DNA of 63,500 bases, counting the filler. It is 3 parts of 3 records of this genome, joined end to end, with 100 filler letters (N's around TTAATTAATTAA, not from the genome) between each part and the next. Parts side by side here need not be neighbours in the genome. Positions count along the whole stretch, not along the records: positions 1 to 31,273 come from SRR31156797_1359; 2 more parts are not named here. One strand, written 5' to 3'. Below are positions 1 to 9,361 of this stretch, piece after piece (position 1 is the first letter of the stretch; every line of letters begins with the position of its first letter). Position numbers and translations under genes: made by a program. Below the pieces are notes generated by a model that saw nothing but the letters and a program-made list of their open reading frames with translations, ran no database searches and was not told the DNA's origin.

Positions 1-86
1 TTTAACTAAAGATAAAATTATGAAGTTGTGTTTGTGGTTTATATAAGAACGATATGCACAATGTATTTATCGAATTGTTAGGGTAC
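1..86 (+). mobile_element. Partial attC-like recombination site (right arm and R' core GTTAGGGTAC), cut by window start
   Basis: GTTAGGGTAC (77-86) lies 16 bp before the ATG at 103. It is the exact reverse complement of GTACCCTAAC (994-1003) at the end of the same gene. Confidence 0.5.
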
Positions 87-102
87 ATAAAAAAATACAT
101 AT

Positions 103-1002
103 ATGAAACATTATTTATCAATTATTTTGGTTTTTCTATTCTTCTCTTGTGGTTCTAAGACTGTTGAAACGCATGGGGGATTAATTATCGAGGTTGAGTT
201 GAAAGGAGGTACATCTGAAGTGAACTCAGTGATTGAGCTTCTAAAAAGAAGAGTATATATTATGGGCATACAAGACCCAAAATTTAGTTACAATCAGAAT
301 GACAATCGTCTGGAAATACAACTTCCTCAGTTTAACGATTCAAGTATTTTTAAGAATTATATTCTAAAATCAGGGACTGTTGAAATATATGAAACATATA
401 ATTACAGTGAATTGTTAAAATCAATTCGTAAAGTCAATGAAATAAATAAAAACGCATTAGAAGAAATTCTAGCTGCTCCAAATACTATTTATAATAGCTA
501 TACTGATGGGTCTATTATTGGATTTTCAAAAACTAAGGATACTGCACAGGTAAGTACAATTATAGAAAGTAGAATGTTTAAAGAAACTATTTCTGATGGA
601 ATCATCTGTGTTTGGGGACATAAGGACTTTAATGGTTTATATTCATTAACAATCATTAAGAAGGGACCAATATCAAAAAAAGTAAAATCATTAATGATAG
701 AAAAGTCGCATGTAAGAAAAGGAAATCATAATGACTATTTGGTGAACCTGAGATTAAAACAAGAATATCATAAATATTGGGAAGAAATGACTAGAGAAAA
801 CATTGGGAGAGCATTAGCAATAGTTGTTAATCAGGGTGTTTTGTCATCACCATCAGTTCATTCTGAAATCAAGGAAGGATTAACATCAATTTCTGGTTTT
901 GCAAATAAAGAAGAAGCTTTAGCTGTACATTCTTTAATTACAACGGGGGAACTGCCTTCAAAGTGTGAGGTAAATGTTATATCAATAAATAACGTACCCT
1001 AA
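103..1002 (+). CDS. Lipoprotein with SecD/SecDF periplasmic P1-like domains and no SecD transmembrane core; probable cassette gene
   Basis: Lipobox LFFSC. SecD-like motifs GG..I.VE, LKRRV..MG, IQLP, W.EMTRENIGRALAIVV, SSPSV.SEI..G...ISG and TGELP. Confidence 0.75.
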   Translation: MKHYLSIILVFLFFSCGSKTVETHGGLIIEVELKGGTSEVNSVIELLKRRVYIMGIQDPKFSYNQNDNRLEIQLPQFNDSSIFKNYILKSGTVEIYETYNYSELLKSIRKVNEINKNALEEILAAPNTIYNSYTDGSIIGFSKTKDTAQVSTIIESRMFKETISDGIICVWGHKDFNGLYSLTIIKKGPISKKVKSLMIEKSHVRKGNHNDYLVNLRLKQEYHKYWEEMTRENIGRALAIVVNQGVLSSPSVHSEIKEGLTSISGFANKEEALAVHSLITTGELPSKCEVNVISINNVP

Positions 1003-1176
1003 CAAAATGTATAAATAATAGCGGTTTTTTGGGGGTGTTCGGGCGTAAAGTGTTTCAAATTTGCTCCGCCAAATCTACTGATTTGACTAATTGAAAAGGT
1101 GTAGCTTTGGCTCTTTAAAAATCAAGAAACGAAACCACATTTAAGTCCGTTACTATTCATACAAATAACGTTATAC
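994..1176 (+). mobile_element. attC-like recombination site, a long imperfect palindrome of ~183 bp
   Basis: The R''-like CCCTAAC overlaps the stop codon. Arms TGTATAAATAATAGCGG (1008-1024) and CCGTTACTATTCATACA (1147-1163) are 14/17 complementary. Inner arms are GCCAAATCTAC (1068-1078) and GTAGCTTTGGC (1101-1111). GTTATAC at 1170 precedes the next ATG. Confidence 0.6.
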
Positions 1177-1185
1177 GAAAGTATC

Positions 1186-1812
1186 ATGAAAAACCTAATA
1201 CTAAGATTATTTCTTCTTGGAATTGCTTTTTCTTGTGAAAGAGGTTCTAAAGAATCATATCCCAAAATTATTGGTGATTGGGGAGTAGATTCAACTTTTC
1301 TGACATTTTGTATAACAGATAGTGTAGCATCTTTCGTTAATGATATTGAATTTTATCCATATTCAATTGAGGATGATTCAATAATTTGTTTTAAAAAGAG
1401 CCATCTTCATAATCCAACTCTTACAAGAATAGCTTATAAAATCAATGAAGTTAATGATGAGCATTTAATTTTAGAAGACAATGGACAAATAGCATGGAAG
1501 TTTTATAGAATTCTATCTAACGATAGCTCTGTAAACTTGGAGAAAGTTTGTTTTACTTCATCATTAAGTCATGGCCGAATTCCTTCAGTAAATATTGAGA
1601 TAAATAAGGATGGTATTTGTTATGCAAGACTTCTTAGGACTGAAAATGATGGATTATTTAAAGCTAAAATAGATCGGCTTAACTTTAATAAGTTGCAAGA
1701 AAAGATTAGAGCACTTCAGATTGATTCTTTAAAACCAATATATAATTTAGAACCTGTACCTCCAGGAAATCAGACATGTGGCTTAGTGTTACTATATGCT
1801 AACTATAATTAA
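1186..1812 (+). CDS. Lipoprotein with a C-terminal DUF6438-like domain, possibly truncated
   Basis: Lipobox IAFSC and a lipocalin-like IIGDW. The C-terminal S.S.G.IPS..IEI..DG...G.F..KI segment resembles DUF6438 but ends abruptly. Confidence 0.55.
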   Translation: MKNLILRLFLLGIAFSCERGSKESYPKIIGDWGVDSTFLTFCITDSVASFVNDIEFYPYSIEDDSIICFKKSHLHNPTLTRIAYKINEVNDEHLILEDNGQIAWKFYRILSNDSSVNLEKVCFTSSLSHGRIPSVNIEINKDGICYARLLRTENDGLFKAKIDRLNFNKLQEKIRALQIDSLKPIYNLEPVPPGNQTCGLVLLYANYN

Positions 1813-1826
1813 AAAAATACGAATTC

Positions 1827-3146
1827 ATGAAAAATTGCTTTTTAATCTTATTGACCAATTTATTTATCATTAATATATGCTTTGCTCAATCAAAGGATAA
1901 AAACAATGATCATAGAGCATCATTGAATGAGTTATGGTTTTATGGAAAAACAGATAAGGCAATTACATTAACATTGAAATTATATCAACAGAATCGTTCG
2001 TTTTTTTTGTATCGTATACACGATGATCTTGCATTACAATTAGAAAAAGATAGAAAGCATCACAGACTTAAATATCTTGAGCAATTGTATAGTAAGGGAC
2101 ATATGGAAATAAATGAGATCATAACACCTATTTATTTATGGGCAAAAGCATTAAATACTAAAAATAAAAAGGAATTAATTTCTATACTGGAAGAATTAAA
2201 TAACTTTCAGAAACACTGTTCGAATTATGATTCAAAATCAGTAAGATATTCGCTTTTAATATTAAAAATATTAGATGAAGCTCATATAATTGATAATAAT
2301 AGAAGTGAAATAATATTCAGAAACATACAATATCTAACACACAAGAGCAATCAATTAATAGATAACATACACGCTGAAAAACTATCAAGGTGTAGATATA
2401 TGCTGGCATATTGTTATGATTATTTATATTCTAATGTGATTGATAAGGAGGAATATTTAAAAAAAGCTTCAGATTATAGCCCAAACTATAATGATAGATT
2501 AAACAGGATGGCTTATTTTAATGATGCTAAGTTATTGACAAAAGATATTCATGAAATTGGATACAAAACCAAATATCATAAATACCTTGTTGCTAAAAAT
2601 AGAAGAAAGGAAGCTTTAGAATTACTATGCGAAATAACATCAATTCATCCATCTGATACCAATATTAGTTCGCTCAGAAAATATTATGAGAAAACTAGAC
2701 ATGATGGTTTATTTTATTCCTATTGGGAAGAATTTATTGAAAACCAAGGGATGAATGTTCCTAATGTTATATTAAAATTCAAAAATGAAGAACTTGACTT
2801 ATCGAAGAGTTCTGACAAATGGATTTATATCGATGTATGGGGAACTTGGTGTAGTCCTTGTTGTGAAGAGTTATCAGAATTGCAATCTTTTTATTCAGAA
2901 AACAAAAATAATAACGATTCCAAATTAAAAATCTACACCTTTTCATATAAATCTCGAAATCTGACAGATTTTATGTCTAAAAACAATTATACATTTCCTG
3001 TAAGTGAAATTGACAAACAGACAAACGATTTATTCGGAATATCAGGATATCCAACTAAAATATTGATCTCACCTCAAGGTAATTATATAAAATTACCTGC
3101 TGGCAATGCATGGAAAATATTCTTGAAAAATTATCTTTTACAATAA
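1827..3146 (+). CDS. TlpA/ResA-family thiol-disulfide oxidoreductase with a helical N-terminal region
   Basis: Signal peptide. C-terminal thioredoxin fold YIDVWGTWCSPC ... GYPTKILISPQG. Confidence 0.8.
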   Translation: MKNCFLILLTNLFIINICFAQSKDKNNDHRASLNELWFYGKTDKAITLTLKLYQQNRSFFLYRIHDDLALQLEKDRKHHRLKYLEQLYSKGHMEINEIITPIYLWAKALNTKNKKELISILEELNNFQKHCSNYDSKSVRYSLLILKILDEAHIIDNNRSEIIFRNIQYLTHKSNQLIDNIHAEKLSRCRYMLAYCYDYLYSNVIDKEEYLKKASDYSPNYNDRLNRMAYFNDAKLLTKDIHEIGYKTKYHKYLVAKNRRKEALELLCEITSIHPSDTNISSLRKYYEKTRHDGLFYSYWEEFIENQGMNVPNVILKFKNEELDLSKSSDKWIYIDVWGTWCSPCCEELSELQSFYSENKNNNDSKLKIYTFSYKSRNLTDFMSKNNYTFPVSEIDKQTNDLFGISGYPTKILISPQGNYIKLPAGNAWKIFLKNYLLQ

Positions 3147-3148
3147 AT

Positions 3149-3180
3149 AAAAGTGCTACCCCCGAAGGAGTAACACCTTT
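3149..3180 (-). terminator. Rho-independent terminator between convergent genes
   Basis: Minus strand reads GTGTTACTCC-TTCG-GGGGTAGCAC-TTTT. Confidence 0.65.
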
Positions 3181-3199
3181 TAAGAACCAAAAAATATGA

Positions 3200-3517
3200 T
3201 TATTCCTTATTGGCAGCAGTTTTTGTTGATTTAACTTCAGCTTCGTAACCTAATTTTTCAATGGCTTTTTCAAGGTTTTCAGAGGTGTTTTTGTCTTCTC
3301 TAAAAGCAACAGTAACTAATTTCTTTTCCAAGTTTACGTCTACTTTTTTCACTCCTTTTTCAAAAGGAATGTTCTTCATGATTTTGTTTTTGCAACTATG
3401 GCAATCGATAGTGCATGAGTAAGTTACTTCTTTTACTTTTGGCTTTTCTTTGGCAAATGTTGTTGTCATTGTAAATGCCATAAAAAGTGCTGCGATAATA
3501 AATTTTAAATTTTTCAT
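3200..3517 (-). CDS. Periplasmic heavy-metal-associated (HMA, MerP/CopZ-like) protein
   Basis: Signal peptide, IDCHSC CxxC motif, KGVKKVDV and IEKLGY. Confidence 0.85.
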   Translation of the reverse strand: MKNLKFIIAALFMAFTMTTTFAKEKPKVKEVTYSCTIDCHSCKNKIMKNIPFEKGVKKVDVNLEKKLVTVAFREDKNTSENLEKAIEKLGYEAEVKSTKTAANKE

Positions 3518-3563
3518 TTCTATATATTTTTAGATTATACTTTATAAACTTTAATAATTTCGA

Positions 3564-5768
3564 TTACTCTTTGTCCAACGTATATTTTATACCTACATAA
3601 AACATTCTACCATAAAGTGGACCCCAAACTCTGCTGGCATCAAACTCATCACCAAAAGGATTTTGCGCATCAATAATGGCATTCTTCTGAGTGAAGTTTC
3701 CTAAGTTTTCAGCACCTGCATAAAAGCTCCATTTACGATAATTTTTGGTTACCTGAGCTAATAAATACACATACTTTTCAGAAGTATCTGGCCTTGTATT
3801 GCCAACGCTGTTTCCATCGGTAGAAGGAAGCTCCATATCCCCATGGAATTGAGCGGTAAGGTCAAAGACCCATTTGTCTAAATTGGTCCGATACGATCCG
3901 GATAATAGCCCTTTGTATTTGCTTACAAAAGGTGTTCTTCTGAGCTCGTTATTGTAGGTTGCCTGAACATCATTTATACGATAGGCTGCAGTAAAATCAA
4001 AGCGATTAAAAAGCTCGTAAGTAGCTTCAAACTGAAAAGTATTGGAATAGGATTCTCCATCGAGATTGTAAAAATGAACCTCACGCGTATTCTGATATAA
4101 ATCGGTAATTAATCGATTTTTAAAATCAGTTCTAAAGAACTCAATATTCATATTTAACTCTCTGTTCCAGATTTTAAATTTGTTCACCAATGAAATTCCG
4201 TAGTTCCAGGCTTCTTCCTGTTTAACGTTTTCTTCGAAGATCAAATTTTTTGAACTCGCCAAAAGATTGGTGTTTTCACTGATAGCATTAGGCGTTCTAT
4301 AACCCTTACCTGCACTTACACGAATGGTTGCTGCATCTAAAAAATGATACTTGGCATGTAGGCGAGGGGTGATAAAACCTCCATGAATAGAGCTATGATC
4401 GTAACGCAATCCTCCTAATAGAGTAAAATGATCTCCGGGAATATAATTGTATTCCACAAACACACCCGGCGTAAATTCTTCATATCCTACCCAATCAGTG
4501 CTTCCGTTGAAAACCGCATTGTTTTTATCATACACCATGCTCAATCCACTATTGTAGGTGTGCTGCGTATTACCAATGTACGACTGGAAAATAAAGTTGG
4601 CGTATGCATTTTGTTGATCTATATCAAATGTATTATGACCATAAAATGATTCGCGATTGAAATAATTATAAGAAACGATTGTTCCTAAACTGGTACCGGG
4701 TCTGTTAAAGAAAAAGCCATTTTTAGCAAACAGGCTTACTTTTTCAACATCTATTTCCATTCCATAAGGATCGTCATCACTGAACGAGTAACTAGAAAAG
4801 TTCTTTTGTCCTCCTTTTCTACTTTCTTTTAGGTATGAGATGCCAAATTTAGATTCATATTTTTCCGAATTATAACTCCAGCGGTTCATAAAAGTTGCCA
4901 GGTTTGAAGTAGGCTTATCCAGAAAGCCGTCGTTATTCATATCTAATTCACGAAAGTTTCCACTGACATGTGTTAAGATAGAAGAGCTTAATTTTTCGTT
5001 TACTTTAAATGAATAACTAATGTTGTTCTCTGCTTTTCCATCCTGATTTCCATAAGCGTAAATCTGTAGTTTTTCAGCGCCATCAGGTTGTTTATACTGC
5101 ACGTTAATTTGCCCGGTAATGGATTCGTAGCCATTTTTTACCGCTGCTGTTCCCTTACTTACCTGAACAGATTCCATCCAGCTACCCGGAATATAATCCA
5201 ATCCAAATGCGGTTTCGGCACCTCTTAGAATGGGAATATTTTCCAGATTAATTTGAGAGTACCTGCCCGATAAACCTAACAAGCGAATTTGCTTTACCCC
5301 AGATACAGCATCAGAATAGGAAACATCCACCGAGGCATTGGTTTCGAAGCTTTCGGATAGGTTACAACAAGCAGCTCGCGCTAATTCTTTACCACTTACA
5401 TTTTGAACATAAAGCGGATCAAGCATAGAATAATTGCTGGAAGCTACACGAGTTGCCACCACTACTTCATCTAACTCTGCACCTGGTTTTAAAAAAACGG
5501 TTAGTTCAGAATTCGAGTTAATAGAGATCGTATCGTTTTGATAGCCAACAAAGCTAAATACCAATAAATTCTGCTGCGATTGATCGATGATGAATTTTCC
5601 ATTTTCATCGGTAATGGTACCAATCGTTGTACCTGCCCAATAAACATTCACGCCTGTAAGCGGAACGGTTTTGTTATCTTTTTTTTCGACGACTTTTCCT
5701 TTGATCTCACCAGCAAATGAAGAGACGCTCAAAATCATCGAAAAAACTATAATTAAAAGTTTTTTCAT
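3564..5768 (-). CDS. TonB-dependent receptor of the metal-associated type
   Basis: Signal peptide MKKLLIIVFS, CarboxypepD_reg-like N-terminus, plug with RAACCNLSESFETNASVDV, and a C-terminal barrel strand GRMFYVGIKY. Confidence 0.9.
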   Translation of the reverse strand: MKKLLIIVFSMILSVSSFAGEIKGKVVEKKDNKTVPLTGVNVYWAGTTIGTITDENGKFIIDQSQQNLLVFSFVGYQNDTISINSNSELTVFLKPGAELDEVVVATRVASSNYSMLDPLYVQNVSGKELARAACCNLSESFETNASVDVSYSDAVSGVKQIRLLGLSGRYSQINLENIPILRGAETAFGLDYIPGSWMESVQVSKGTAAVKNGYESITGQINVQYKQPDGAEKLQIYAYGNQDGKAENNISYSFKVNEKLSSSILTHVSGNFRELDMNNDGFLDKPTSNLATFMNRWSYNSEKYESKFGISYLKESRKGGQKNFSSYSFSDDDPYGMEIDVEKVSLFAKNGFFFNRPGTSLGTIVSYNYFNRESFYGHNTFDIDQQNAYANFIFQSYIGNTQHTYNSGLSMVYDKNNAVFNGSTDWVGYEEFTPGVFVEYNYIPGDHFTLLGGLRYDHSSIHGGFITPRLHAKYHFLDAATIRVSAGKGYRTPNAISENTNLLASSKNLIFEENVKQEEAWNYGISLVNKFKIWNRELNMNIEFFRTDFKNRLITDLYQNTREVHFYNLDGESYSNTFQFEATYELFNRFDFTAAYRINDVQATYNNELRRTPFVSKYKGLLSGSYRTNLDKWVFDLTAQFHGDMELPSTDGNSVGNTRPDTSEKYVYLLAQVTKNYRKWSFYAGAENLGNFTQKNAIIDAQNPFGDEFDASRVWGPLYGRMFYVGIKYTLDKE

Positions 5769-5927
5769 CTGTTTAAAATTTAGAAACTCAGCTAAGCAAA
5801 GCAATTTTCAATTATGCTACTGTGTAGCCTTATGAGTTGCTCCAGCCGTGCTGGTTTCATATTGTAATATTTTGTATTAAACCTTACTTATTTGTGCACG
5901 AATGCACATATGAGTTAAAGCAAAATA

Positions 5928-6419
5928 TTAACAAGCAATTTTAAACGTATGATGTTTAGTGATGATTTGCCTTCCGTTGGTATTTATGAGTGGTTTCTCG
6001 CGCGGTATTTCACCGGAAAAATCTTTCTCAAGCAATAAGGCATGAAAATAATCTAATTGAAGAATAGTTTCTTGTTGTAATAAAGAAACCAGGATGGGTT
6101 TGGGTGTTTGTTGCCTCTCTGAAAACTGAAAAGCACTGGTTAGTTTTACAATTTTGTTAGAGCTATGGTGATTATCGCAACAATCATGATCACTAGTTTC
6201 TTCAGCATGACAACACTGGTCATTGTGATGGAAATGATCATGGTTAATAATCGCATTCTCTTCACAAATATCTTCTGTAGAATCAATGAATACAGAATAA
6301 ACTAACTCGTGGGCATGAATACAATAATGATAGAAAAATACCAAACCACTGGTGCTTAATAAAAATAAGCCCAAAGTAATCAAGGTCATGATGCGTTTAT
6401 GTATTTCTTTCACTATCAT
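5928..6419 (-). CDS. HYC_CC_PP-like His/Cys-rich protein
   Basis: Hydrophobic N-terminus followed by HYC, two CC pairs and His runs (HDHFHHNDQCCH, HDCCDNHH). Lies directly upstream of the TBDR. Confidence 0.7.
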   Translation of the reverse strand: MIVKEIHKRIMTLITLGLFLLSTSGLVFFYHYCIHAHELVYSVFIDSTEDICEENAIINHDHFHHNDQCCHAEETSDHDCCDNHHSSNKIVKLTSAFQFSERQQTPKPILVSLLQQETILQLDYFHALLLEKDFSGEIPREKPLINTNGRQIITKHHTFKIAC

Positions 6420-6465
6420 AATACAAATAAACAAAACAATTACCAGATACAGTGTTAATACGCTG

Positions 6466-6675
6466 TTAACGTTTTGGAACGGTTACTTTAACCGGTTTAA
6501 AATGCTTTAATTTAGATTGTTTCAGTAAATCTTTTTTTGCGCTACAACTTCCGCAAGAACCAGAACAACCGGGTTGAGATTCCTGATAGCTTTCCCAAAT
6601 GGTTTTGCCTAAAGAGTATGCAGCATATCCAAAGGCACTAACCACACTAATCCACATTAATATTTCCTGTAACAT
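6466..6675 (-). CDS. FeoB-associated Cys-rich membrane protein
   Basis: One TM helix then CSGSCGSC. Starts 3 bp after feoB. Confidence 0.75.
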   Translation of the reverse strand: MLQEILMWISVVSAFGYAAYSLGKTIWESYQESQPGCSGSCGSCSAKKDLLKQSKLKHFKPVKVTVPKR

Positions 6676-6678
6676 AAG

Positions 6679-9183
6679 CTAAAAAATTAAACTTCCGGTT
6701 TGATAAATGATAAAAGATAACAACCAGGCCAAGCCGGTAGTATAAAAAATGGTAAATACGGCCCATTTCCACGAACCTGATTCACGCCTTATAGTAGCGA
6801 TTACACCAATACAAGGGAAATAAATCAATACAAAAATCAGGAAGCTGATAGCTACCAATGGTGTAAAAGATTGTTCTCCTTTGCTATTTGTGGCATGTTT
6901 TAAATTGTCTTCAAGACTTAGTGGTTCATCTGTTTCTAAATCTGTTTTTTCTGAGTGATAGATAACAGCCATTGTGCTAACTACTACTTCTTTAGCAGCA
7001 ACTCCGCTTAAGATACTAACGCCCATTTTCCAGTCAAAACCAAGAGGACGTATAGTCGGCTCAATAAAGTGGCCAATCATGCCGATGTAAGAACCTTTTT
7101 GTTCCTCACTTAACTTTGATACTTCAAGATCCTGAATTTTACTTTCGATGCCACTAGTTAAACGGATTTTGATACTATCCGGTTCATTTGAATTGGTGAT
7201 CTCAAGCTGTTGAGATTGCAATGTGGCAATATTCGCATCAAAATCTTGTGAATATTCAATGTCTTTTGGAAAGTTCTGAAGGAACCATATGATAATGGAC
7301 GCAATCATAATGATACCACCTACTTTTTTCAGATACTGTGCCCCTTTATTCCACATATGTCTGATTGTTGATCGTAGGGTAGGCATTCGGTAAGGAGGTA
7401 GTTCCATTACAAACGGAACATCTTTTTCTCGAAATAAAACCTTTCTGAAAACTTTGGCAATAACAATCGCCAATATAATTCCCAAAGTATAAATACTGAA
7501 TAATACTGTTCCTGAATGCTCTGGGAAGAATGCACCAATAAAAAGTATATACACCGGAAGACGAGCACTGCAGGACATAAATGGATTAATCAGCATAGTA
7601 ATTAATCGGTTGTTTTTATCTTCGATGGTTCTGGTTGCCATAATAGCAGGTACATTACAACCAAATCCCATGATTAGCGGAATAAAGGATTTTCCATGCA
7701 AGCCCATTTTATGCATAAGTTTATCCATAATAAAGGCAGCCCGGGCCATATATCCCGTATCCTCCATAAAGGAGATAAAGAAGAACAGGATTAAAATGTT
7801 AGGTAGAAATACCAAAACGCCACCCATTCCATTTATAATACCATTGATCAATAAATCTTTAAACGGCCCTTCATTCATAATGCCATCTAAAAAGGTCATC
7901 AAAAATTCAACTCCTTTTTCAATCAAGGCCATAGGGTATTCTCCCAAAGTAAATGTACTTTGAAACATAAGCCACATGAAGAAGAAAAAGATAGGAAAGC
8001 CAAATAATTTATGCGTTAAAAAGGTATCTACAATTTCCGATTTTCTGACTTTAACTCTGGGTGACTCTGAATAAGTCTCTTTTAAGGCACCGGAAATAAA
8101 GCCATATTTAGCATCAGTAATTAAAGTTTCACAATCATCGTTTAATTCAGCTTCAATTTTTTTAATGACCGCTTTATTTTCTTTTCGTAAAGAATCATAT
8201 TCTGGATTATTGAAGATGTCAGTACAAAACTCCTTATCCTGCTCTAAAAACTTTAAAGCAAGGTAACGAGGAGATACATTTTTAGGTAAATCATACTTCG
8301 GAAATATTTCATCCTGTAATCGCCATAAACCCTTTTCTATTGGTTGGCCATAATGAATGTAAACCCTGCGTTTGCTTAAATTAATATCTTCGTAAACATC
8401 AATAACTTTGTTGAATAATTTATCAATACCTTGTCGCTTAGAGCTAATGGTAGGAACAAAGTTAATGCCGAGCATCTTGCCTAAGGCTTCATGATCAAAG
8501 CTATCTCCTCTTCTTTGAAGCTCATCGTACATGTTTAAAGCCACAACAGCTTTTACATCCATGTCGATAAGTTGTGTGGTTAAAAACAGGTTTCGCTCAA
8601 TGTTTGATGAATCAATTACATTGATAACAATATCCGGCGTTTCATCTATAATATGCTTTCTTACAAATAGTTCTTCGGGTGAGTAGGCGGATAAGGAATA
8701 AGTTCCAGGTAAATCAACAATGTTAAAGGTATAGCCATTGTGATGAAAAACACCTTCTTTCGAATCAATAGTAACCCCACTGTAATTACCCACATGCTCT
8801 TTGGCTCCGCTTACATAATTGAATAAGGTTGTTTTACCACAGTTCGGATTTCCAACTAAGGCAACATTTATGGTTTTTCTTTTTTCTAAAGCAGTTTCCC
8901 TGAAAACTTCATCCGTAATAGTTCCCTCAAATGGGGTTGAAGCAATTTCTTTGGCTTCTTGTTTTGAAATTATTTCGACTAAAGTAGCCTCACTTCTTCT
9001 CAAGGATACTTTATAATCCATTATTTCATATTCAATCGGGTCCTTTAAAGGTGCATTTTTTACAACTTTAACTTTTTTCCCTTTAACAAAACCCATTTCA
9101 ATAATACGTTTGCGAAAAGCTCCATGGCCTTTCACCTTAACTATTATTGCTTCTTCTCCAGTATTTAGTTCAGATAAATTCAT
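6679..9183 (-). CDS. feoB: Ferrous iron transporter FeoB with fused N-terminal FeoA
   Basis: FeoA segment (RIIEMGFVKG, APLKDP), G1 GNPNCGKT, G3 DLPG, gate motifs GFGCNVPA, PFMSCSAR and MELPPY. Confidence 0.95.
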   Translation of the reverse strand: MNLSELNTGEEAIIVKVKGHGAFRKRIIEMGFVKGKKVKVVKNAPLKDPIEYEIMDYKVSLRRSEATLVEIISKQEAKEIASTPFEGTITDEVFRETALEKRKTINVALVGNPNCGKTTLFNYVSGAKEHVGNYSGVTIDSKEGVFHHNGYTFNIVDLPGTYSLSAYSPEELFVRKHIIDETPDIVINVIDSSNIERNLFLTTQLIDMDVKAVVALNMYDELQRRGDSFDHEALGKMLGINFVPTISSKRQGIDKLFNKVIDVYEDINLSKRRVYIHYGQPIEKGLWRLQDEIFPKYDLPKNVSPRYLALKFLEQDKEFCTDIFNNPEYDSLRKENKAVIKKIEAELNDDCETLITDAKYGFISGALKETYSESPRVKVRKSEIVDTFLTHKLFGFPIFFFFMWLMFQSTFTLGEYPMALIEKGVEFLMTFLDGIMNEGPFKDLLINGIINGMGGVLVFLPNILILFFFISFMEDTGYMARAAFIMDKLMHKMGLHGKSFIPLIMGFGCNVPAIMATRTIEDKNNRLITMLINPFMSCSARLPVYILFIGAFFPEHSGTVLFSIYTLGIILAIVIAKVFRKVLFREKDVPFVMELPPYRMPTLRSTIRHMWNKGAQYLKKVGGIIMIASIIIWFLQNFPKDIEYSQDFDANIATLQSQQLEITNSNEPDSIKIRLTSGIESKIQDLEVSKLSEEQKGSYIGMIGHFIEPTIRPLGFDWKMGVSILSGVAAKEVVVSTMAVIYHSEKTDLETDEPLSLEDNLKHATNSKGEQSFTPLVAISFLIFVLIYFPCIGVIATIRRESGSWKWAVFTIFYTTGLAWLLSFIIYQTGSLIF

Positions 9184-9361
9184 TCAAACCCCTTAAAAAA
9201 AAATAATTGTACCAATGGGTACAATATCCCGTATTTACAAAGATAATTTCTTTGGGTATGATGACCAATCCCTATTTGTTGGGATTTTTATACTGAAATG
9301 ATAGGTATATTCATAAAATCGTAACATTTATTACATTTGTGAGCTAATGTAAGGAGGGACT

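Noticed and set aside
1788-3174. Third cassette bounded by GTTACT (1788) and AGTAAC (~3169)
   Set aside because: Only a 6-bp match. The second site is part of a terminator stem, and no attC-like palindrome follows.
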